DNA from: Candidatus Eiseniibacteriota bacterium
GTDB taxonomy: Bacteria; Eisenbacteria; RBG-16-71-46; CAZEPH01
Direction: 5' to 3'
Assembly: GCA_044229145.1 (NCBI GenBank)
Contig: JBGATO010000061.1
Span: 1-21,096, forward strand
Length of the DNA: 21,096 nucleotides
Shown here piece by piece: positions 16,247-21,096 of this stretch. Each line of letters starts with the position of its first letter. Positions within the stretch are counted from its first letter, which is position 1. The notes under the pieces were generated by a model, which saw nothing but the letters and a program-made list of their open reading frames with translations, had not been told where the DNA came from and did no database searches. Made by a program: the position numbers and the translations under genes.

Positions 16247-18018
16247 GGCGCCTCGATGACTTCCAACGCTTCGCGCGGCCGCTTGAACGGCGCGATCACG
16301 TAGACGCCGGCGCACGCGGTGCGCAGGTCATGGATCATCTGCCGCGCCTGCGCGAATCCGGTGGACCGCGCCGCCGGCCCGGCCGCGCGCAACGACTCGC
16401 ACGTGTCGTCATCCACCACCACGCCGGCGACGCGCTCGTTGAGGCGCACCGCCTGGTTGTGCGACACCAGAGGCCAGACACCGACGATCACCGGTACCGG
16501 AATGTGCGGCGCCCAGTCGCGCGCGAACTCGTCCCACTGCCGCGGCGAGAACACCGGTTGCGTCATCACGAACTGCGCGCCGGCCGCCAGCTTGCGTTCG
16601 AGGCGTTCGAGTTCGAGCGTGCGATCCTCGGCATTCTGATTGACCGCGACGCCGATGGTGAGCGGCAGCCCGAGCTGCGCGATGCCGCGCACCAAACCGA
16701 TCGAGTCGACGTGCAAGATGCCGCCGGTCTCAGGATACGTGCCGCCCGCGGTGGGCGCGTCGCCGGTGACCACGAGCACGGTGCGCAAGCCGCCCCATGC
16801 GACCGCGGCGGTGAGCTGCGACGCCACGCCGTACACCGTCGCGTCGCGCGGCGTCAGATGCGGCATCGCCTCCATGCCGTGCTGCTGGATCCCGACCGAC
16901 ATCACCAGCGCGTCCTGCACCACCGAGCCGCCCGACTTCGAGTTCACGTCGACGAGGTCGACGGCGCCCGAGGCGCGCAGTGCGCCCACGGTGTCGATGG
17001 TGCTCTCGGCGTCGCTCGCCTTCGCCGGTTCGAGCTGCACGGAGACGAGGAACCGCTTCTCCGCGAGCATCGTCGCGAAGCGCGACGGCGGCAGTTGCGG
17101 CGCCGGCGGCAGTTCGGCGTCGAGCTGGACGATGGTGCGGCGCGGCGTCGCCTCGCGCGGCGCGCCTTCCTCGCGGACGGCTTGCGCGATGGCGTGGACG
17201 TGGCGCGGCGTCACGCCGCAGCAGCCGCCGATGACCCGCGCGCCGAGCGACAATGCCTCGTGCGCGAAGTCGGCGAAGTGTCGGTCGGTGGGATTCGGGT
17301 ACAGCACGCGGCCGCCGGCGCGCTGCGCGAATCCGGCGTTCGGGCGCACCGCGAGCGGCATCCCGGGGACTTCCGGCGCCACCCGCGCCAGCGCCTCGAG
17401 CGTGTCGTGCGGTCCGACGCTGCAGTTGACGCCGATGACGTCGACGCCCGCCTCCGCCAGCCGCTTGGCCGCCCGTTCGGGCACACCGCCACCCGACAGC
17501 CGTCCGCTGCCGTCGATCGTAAATGACGCCAGGATAGGTAATTCGCTCATTTGACGCAGAGCTTCGACCGCGGCGATCAGCTCATTGAGCGAGGTGAATG
17601 TCTCGAGCACGAACAGGTCGACGCCGCGCTCCTCGAGCGCCGCCGCCTGCTCCTGCACGAGCTGCCGGACCTCCGAGGGCGACGGCGCATACTGGAGCAG
17701 ATAGTCCGGGTCCAGCGGCCCGATCGACCCGCCGATCGCGACGTCCGGCCGGAGCCCGGGGAGATCGTCCTCCAACCCCAACGCCGCCAACTTGGTGCGG
17801 TTCAACGAGAACGAGTTCGTGGTGATGAGCTGGGCGCCGCTCTGCAGGAAGGCGCGGTGGAGTTCCTCGACCAGCTCCGCGTGCTCGCGGTTCGCTTCGA
17901 TGATGCGGCGGGCCGCGCGCTGCGGCGGGTCCTGGTAGAAATGCGCCGCGATCATCGAGCCCATTCCGCCGTCGGCGATCATCACACCACGGCGGATCAT
18001 GTCGAGGAAGAGGTTCAT
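16243..18018 (-). CDS. yitJ: Bifunctional homocysteine S-methyltransferase / methylenetetrahydrofolate reductase (YitJ/SamT-like)
   Basis: Start trimmed to ATG 18018 (GGAG RBS). HMT domain: IADGGMGS, GSIGP, GVNC, PNAG and GGCCG (Zn ligands). MTHFR-like domain: PHLTPRD, VLVVTGD and KLAAGAQFVMTQPVF. Its stop overlaps the stop of the convergent gene. Confidence 0.9.
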   Translation of the reverse strand: MNLFLDMIRRGVMIADGGMGSMIAAHFYQDPPQRAARRIIEANREHAELVEELHRAFLQSGAQLITTNSFSLNRTKLAALGLEDDLPGLRPDVAIGGSIGPLDPDYLLQYAPSPSEVRQLVQEQAAALEERGVDLFVLETFTSLNELIAAVEALRQMSELPILASFTIDGSGRLSGGGVPERAAKRLAEAGVDVIGVNCSVGPHDTLEALARVAPEVPGMPLAVRPNAGFAQRAGGRVLYPNPTDRHFADFAHEALSLGARVIGGCCGVTPRHVHAIAQAVREEGAPREATPRRTIVQLDAELPPAPQLPPSRFATMLAEKRFLVSVQLEPAKASDAESTIDTVGALRASGAVDLVDVNSKSGGSVVQDALVMSVGIQQHGMEAMPHLTPRDATVYGVASQLTAAVAWGGLRTVLVVTGDAPTAGGTYPETGGILHVDSIGLVRGIAQLGLPLTIGVAVNQNAEDRTLELERLERKLAAGAQFVMTQPVFSPRQWDEFARDWAPHIPVPVIVGVWPLVSHNQAVRLNERVAGVVVDDDTCESLRAAGPAARSTGFAQARQMIHDLRTACAGVYVIAPFKRPREALEVIEAP

Positions 18019-18059
18019 CCACGCTCCAATACACGAGTTGCACCGATTCGACGGCGCGC

Positions 18060-18068
18060 ATCCTACCA
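18060..18068 (-). promoter_or_regulatory. Possible extended -10 element for yitJ
   Basis: Minus strand TGG-TAGGAT (TGn-TAnnnT) about 40 bp upstream of the ATG; no clear -35. Confidence 0.4.
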
Positions 18069-18277
18069 TGAGGTCCGGGGCGATTGGGTGAAGTCGCGCA
18101 CCTGCGACAGGGCCAGGGCCGCCTGTCGCGTGGTTTGGCACGCCGAGGCCGCGCACGCGGCAGTCGGGAAGTCGGGTTCTCCGGAATGGAACGGACGTTC
18201 CATGTGGACGCACCCCGGAGAGGTATCGCCGGGCGCCGGCCGGGCGAATCGCACGACGCGCACGAGCGCCGCCGGGC

Positions 18278-18325
18278 AAAAGGAAAGCCGCCTGGTCCAG
18301 GCCCGAAGGCGAGGGACAGGCGGCT
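18278..18325 (-). terminator. Intrinsic terminator after the small ORF
   Basis: Minus strand: 9-bp outer stem AGCCGCCTG/CAGGCGGCT, inner GCC-TTCG-GGC loop, then TTTCCTTTT. Confidence 0.8.
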
Positions 18326-18346
18326 CAGCGCGGAGCGATGCGTCGT

Positions 18347-18559
18347 TTAGAAGCCAATCGTGAACTCCGATCGGAAGTATTCGCGTTCTCGCATCATGGC
18401 ACAGACGAAGGCACTGACCACGTCGTTCATCGTCATGTCGCGGTCGCCCTTCGACTTCTCCAAGTCTTCGAGAATGCCGTCCAACGAGTCACGCATCCAT
18501 GCCACGGTGTGTTTCTCGCGGAGAAGGCGAGCCACTTCGACGTCCATGGTCCTCTGCAC
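18347..18559 (-). CDS. Small hypothetical protein (70 aa)
   Basis: AAGGAGG sits 6 nt before GTG 18559 (ATG 18547 is an alternative). Product MQRTMDVEVARLLREKHTVAWMRDSLDGILEDLEKSKGDRDMTMNDVVSAFVCAMMREREYFRSEFTIGF; flanked by a promoter motif and a terminator. Confidence 0.78.
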   Translation of the reverse strand: MQRTMDVEVARLLREKHTVAWMRDSLDGILEDLEKSKGDRDMTMNDVVSAFVCAMMREREYFRSEFTIGF

Positions 18560-18637
18560 GGGTAGCCTCCTTCCGTGTTGCCGCGTCCCTCGCGGGAGTT
18601 GGCGGTGCACTGCAGGGCGCTAGCGATGGCGAGTGGT

Positions 18638-18653
18638 TGCACGTGGCGTGCCA
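18638..18653 (-). promoter_or_regulatory. Sigma-54 (-24/-12) promoter
   Basis: Minus strand TGGCACG-CCAC-GTGCA versus consensus TGGCACG-N4-TTGCW: exact GG-N10-GC spacing and one mismatch. Confidence 0.7.
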
Positions 18654-18699
18654 GTTTGCACGTTGCACGGATTGCATTCGGCAGTGGCGTCTCCGCGAG

Positions 18700-18728
18700 T
18701 TGACAAGCGCGCGGCGAGCGCGTAGACA
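18700..18728 (+). promoter_or_regulatory. Putative sigma-70 promoter for the FG-GAP gene
   Basis: TTGACA-N17-TAGACA. The -35 and spacing are perfect, but the -10 lacks the conserved final T. Confidence 0.5.
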
Positions 18729-18781
18729 GAGCCTGTCATTCCCTCCCCGCGCTCACACCCTCACTCTTCCCGAGGACTCCC

Positions 18782-21096
18782 ATGACCTGGATGGCGCGTG
18801 CTGTCGAACGGATTCGCGGTTCTCTCGCCCGGTTGCTCCCCACTGCCAGCGCAATGCTTCTGACCTGCACCGGCGCCGCATCGGCGGCGCGCACTTATGA
18901 CACCTGGACGGCGTGGCCGACGCCGCCCGACCCGACTTCCTGCGCGGTGGCCGACTTCGACGGCGACGGCGTCCCGGATGTCGCGGCCGCCTGTCTGCTT
19001 GGCGACGTCGTACGCGTCTACCTCGGCGCCGGGGACGCGACGCTCGACACGCCGCGCGACTACGCCACCGGCTCGCAACCGCGCGTCGTGTTCGCCGACG
19101 ACGTCGACGGCGATGGCGACCGCGACCTTCTCGTCTGCGCCGCCCGCGCCACCGGCCTCGACGTCCTGCTCAACGACGGCACCGGCGGCTTCGGTCCCGC
19201 GACGTTCTATCCCACCGCCGCGAACGCGTACGCGATGGCGCTGGCCGACCTCGACGGTGACGGCGATCGCGACATCGTGATCTCGACGCTCGCGCCGCCC
19301 GGCGTCGAGGTTCTGCTGGCGAACGGCGACGGCACCTTCGCCATGCCGTCGACGCTGGCGAGTGGGCAGGTGCTCGGCATCGCGGCCGGCGACCTCGACG
19401 GCGATGCGGTGCCGGACCTCGCCTTCTCCGACGCCGACGCGGGCGGCGTGGTGTGGCACAAGGGCGATGGCGCCGGCGGCTTCGGGCCACCGTTGACCGT
19501 GAGCACCGGCGAAGACCCGCGCGCCGTCGCGTTGCTCGACGTCGACGGCGACGGCGACCTCGACGTCGTGGTGGCCGACGATCTGACGCACAACGTCGAC
19601 GTGTGGCGGAATGATGGCGCGGCAATCCCGTCCTTCGCGGGGCCGGACCAGACGCCGCTCGCCGCCACCGCGGTGGCGTTCTGCCTTGCCGACGTGGCGC
19701 CAGGCGGCGGCGAGGAAGTGCTCGCCTGCCTCGACTACTCGAACGGCCTCGCCGTGTTGGCGCTCGACGGCGCCGGCTACCTCAACGAGCTCGTCACCAA
19801 CACGACCACCGTCGGCCCGTTTGGCGTCGCGGTGGGTGACGCGGACGCCGACGGCGATCTCGACGCCTACGTCGCCGGCTCGCGCGGCGACGCGGTGGCG
19901 CTCATGCTCAACGACGGCAGCGGCCGCTATCCCGGCGGCACGCTGGTCGGCACCGGCCTGGCGCCGACCGACGCGCGTCTCATCGACATGGACGGCGACG
20001 GCGATCTCGACGCGGTCATCGCCAACCAGAGCGGCGGTTCGGTGTCGGTCATCACCAACGACGCCGGTGTCTTCAACAACAGCGTCGAGTACGCGGCCGG
20101 CGTGACGCCGACCGCGCTGGCGTTCGGCGACTGGAATGGCGATGGCGCACTCGATGTCGCGGTGGCGGATCAGTACGGCGGTGTGGTGCGCTTGCTGTTC
20201 GGCGATGGGCTCGGCGCGCTCGGCGCGCCGGTGACGTTGCCGGTGCCGGGGAGCGCCCCCGCGGCGCTCGACGCGCGCGATCTCACCGGCGATGGCGTGT
20301 TGGATCTCGCGGTCGCCGAGTTCAGCTCGGACGACGTGGCGATCCTCGCCGGCGACGGCGCCGGCGGCTTCACCGCGCTCGGCACCTTCGCCGTCGGACG
20401 CAACCCCGCGAGCCTGGCCTTCGGCGACTTCGACGGCGACGCGACGCCGGATCTCGCGGTGGCGTGCGACGGCGCGAATGCGGTCTGGCTCCTGCACGGC
20501 CTGGGCGGCGGATCGTTCGCGCCGGGCGTCGCGTACGGTGTCAGCGGCGGCTCGGCGAAACTCACGCTCTGCGACATCGAAGCCGACGGCGATCCCGACG
20601 TCGCGGTGAGCAACGACCAGGCGAACACCGTGACGATCCTGCGCAACATCGGCGGCGTGTTGTCGGTGGCGCAGGTGCTGCCGACCGCGCGGAATCCGCT
20701 GGATCTCCAGGTCGCGGACGTCGACGTCGACGGCTTGCCCGATCTCATCGTCGCCAACGTGCTCGGCGACGTGATCACGGTGTTCCGCGGCTACATCGGC
20801 GGGTTCGGCGACCCGGTGCAGTACGGCACCGGGACCGGCGCCGGCTACATCGCGGTCGGCGACATCGACGGCGACGTCGACCTCGATCTCTTCGTCACCG
20901 GCGATCCGTCGGTGGGCGCGGATGCCGCGGTGCTCGCCAACAAGATCGACGTGCCGACGGCGGCGCACACGCTATCGCCGGTGGCGGCCGTCAACGCGGC
21001 GGTGCGCGGCATCACGGTGTCGTGGCCGTGCGGCTCCGTCGGCGCTGCGACGGTCGTGCGCCGCGCGCTCGACGGCGATGGTGCCGTGCGTGTCCT
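18782..21096 (+). CDS. Secreted FG-GAP/VCBS-repeat beta-propeller protein, 3' end outside the window
   Basis: Absent from the ORF track because it has no stop. GAGGA RBS and ATG 18782; signal-like MTWMARAVERIRGSLARLLPTASAMLLTCTGAASA; repeated D-x-DGDG-xx-D motifs. The 735-aa minus ORF is its in-register shadow. Confidence 0.92.
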   Translation, partial: MTWMARAVERIRGSLARLLPTASAMLLTCTGAASAARTYDTWTAWPTPPDPTSCAVADFDGDGVPDVAAACLLGDVVRVYLGAGDATLDTPRDYATGSQPRVVFADDVDGDGDRDLLVCAARATGLDVLLNDGTGGFGPATFYPTAANAYAMALADLDGDGDRDIVISTLAPPGVEVLLANGDGTFAMPSTLASGQVLGIAAGDLDGDAVPDLAFSDADAGGVVWHKGDGAGGFGPPLTVSTGEDPRAVALLDVDGDGDLDVVVADDLTHNVDVWRNDGAAIPSFAGPDQTPLAATAVAFCLADVAPGGGEEVLACLDYSNGLAVLALDGAGYLNELVTNTTTVGPFGVAVGDADADGDLDAYVAGSRGDAVALMLNDGSGRYPGGTLVGTGLAPTDARLIDMDGDGDLDAVIANQSGGSVSVITNDAGVFNNSVEYAAGVTPTALAFGDWNGDGALDVAVADQYGGVVRLLFGDGLGALGAPVTLPVPGSAPAALDARDLTGDGVLDLAVAEFSSDDVAILAGDGAGGFTALGTFAVGRNPASLAFGDFDGDATPDLAVACDGANAVWLLHGLGGGSFAPGVAYGVSGGSAKLTLCDIEADGDPDVAVSNDQANTVTILRNIGGVLSVAQVLPTARNPLDLQVADVDVDGLPDLIVANVLGDVITVFRGYIGGFGDPVQYGTGTGAGYIAVGDIDGDVDLDLFVTGDPSVGADAAVLANKIDVPTAAHTLSPVAAVNAAVRGITVSWPCGSVGAATVVRRALDGDGAVRV

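Noticed and set aside
18137..18153. Plus-strand TGGCACG as a second sigma-54 promoter
   Set aside because: There is no GC at the -12 position (it reads CC) and no plus-strand gene follows.
18286..18325. GAGGGAC as part of a SAM-I riboswitch for yitJ
   Set aside because: It is on the wrong strand, lacks the other SAM-I elements and is explained by the terminator stem.
18761..20968. 735-aa minus-strand ORF
   Set aside because: In-register antisense shadow of the FG-GAP gene.
1..21096. CRISPR array, cas genes or mobile elements near the TPR-CHAT gene
   Set aside because: I saw no regularly spaced repeats, Cas motifs, transposase or integrase. The FG-GAP repeats are degenerate coding repeats.

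Overview
Very GC-rich bacterial DNA with 16 protein-coding genes, two of them cut by the window edges. The secreted proteins carry FlgD-Ig/T9SS-like C-terminal domains, which suggests an FCB-related lineage (inference). The left half (1-9984) is all minus strand. In transcription order it encodes a secreted protein with an FlgD-like tail, a cytoplasmic TPR-CHAT caspase-like protease, an ECF sigma factor, a soluble zinc-binding anti-sigma-like protein, a secreted subtilase lacking its canonical catalytic Asp, a CpcT/CpeT-family protein, a YidB-like protein and an OPT oligopeptide transporter. The tightly coupled CHAT/sigma/anti-sigma/subtilase block is the best candidate for an undescribed system: a protease-triggered transcription switch with no CRISPR or cas genes visible in the window. 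The right half holds lrp-lat, a DUF2079/flippase/glycolipid-binding trio and a YitJ-type Hcy methyltransferase-MTHFR fusion with two odd substitutions. It ends with a small orphan gene under a sigma-54-type promoter and a secreted protein with 14 FG-GAP repeats. I saw no rRNA, tRNA, CRISPR array or mobile element. All calls come from reading motifs by eye; no searches were run.
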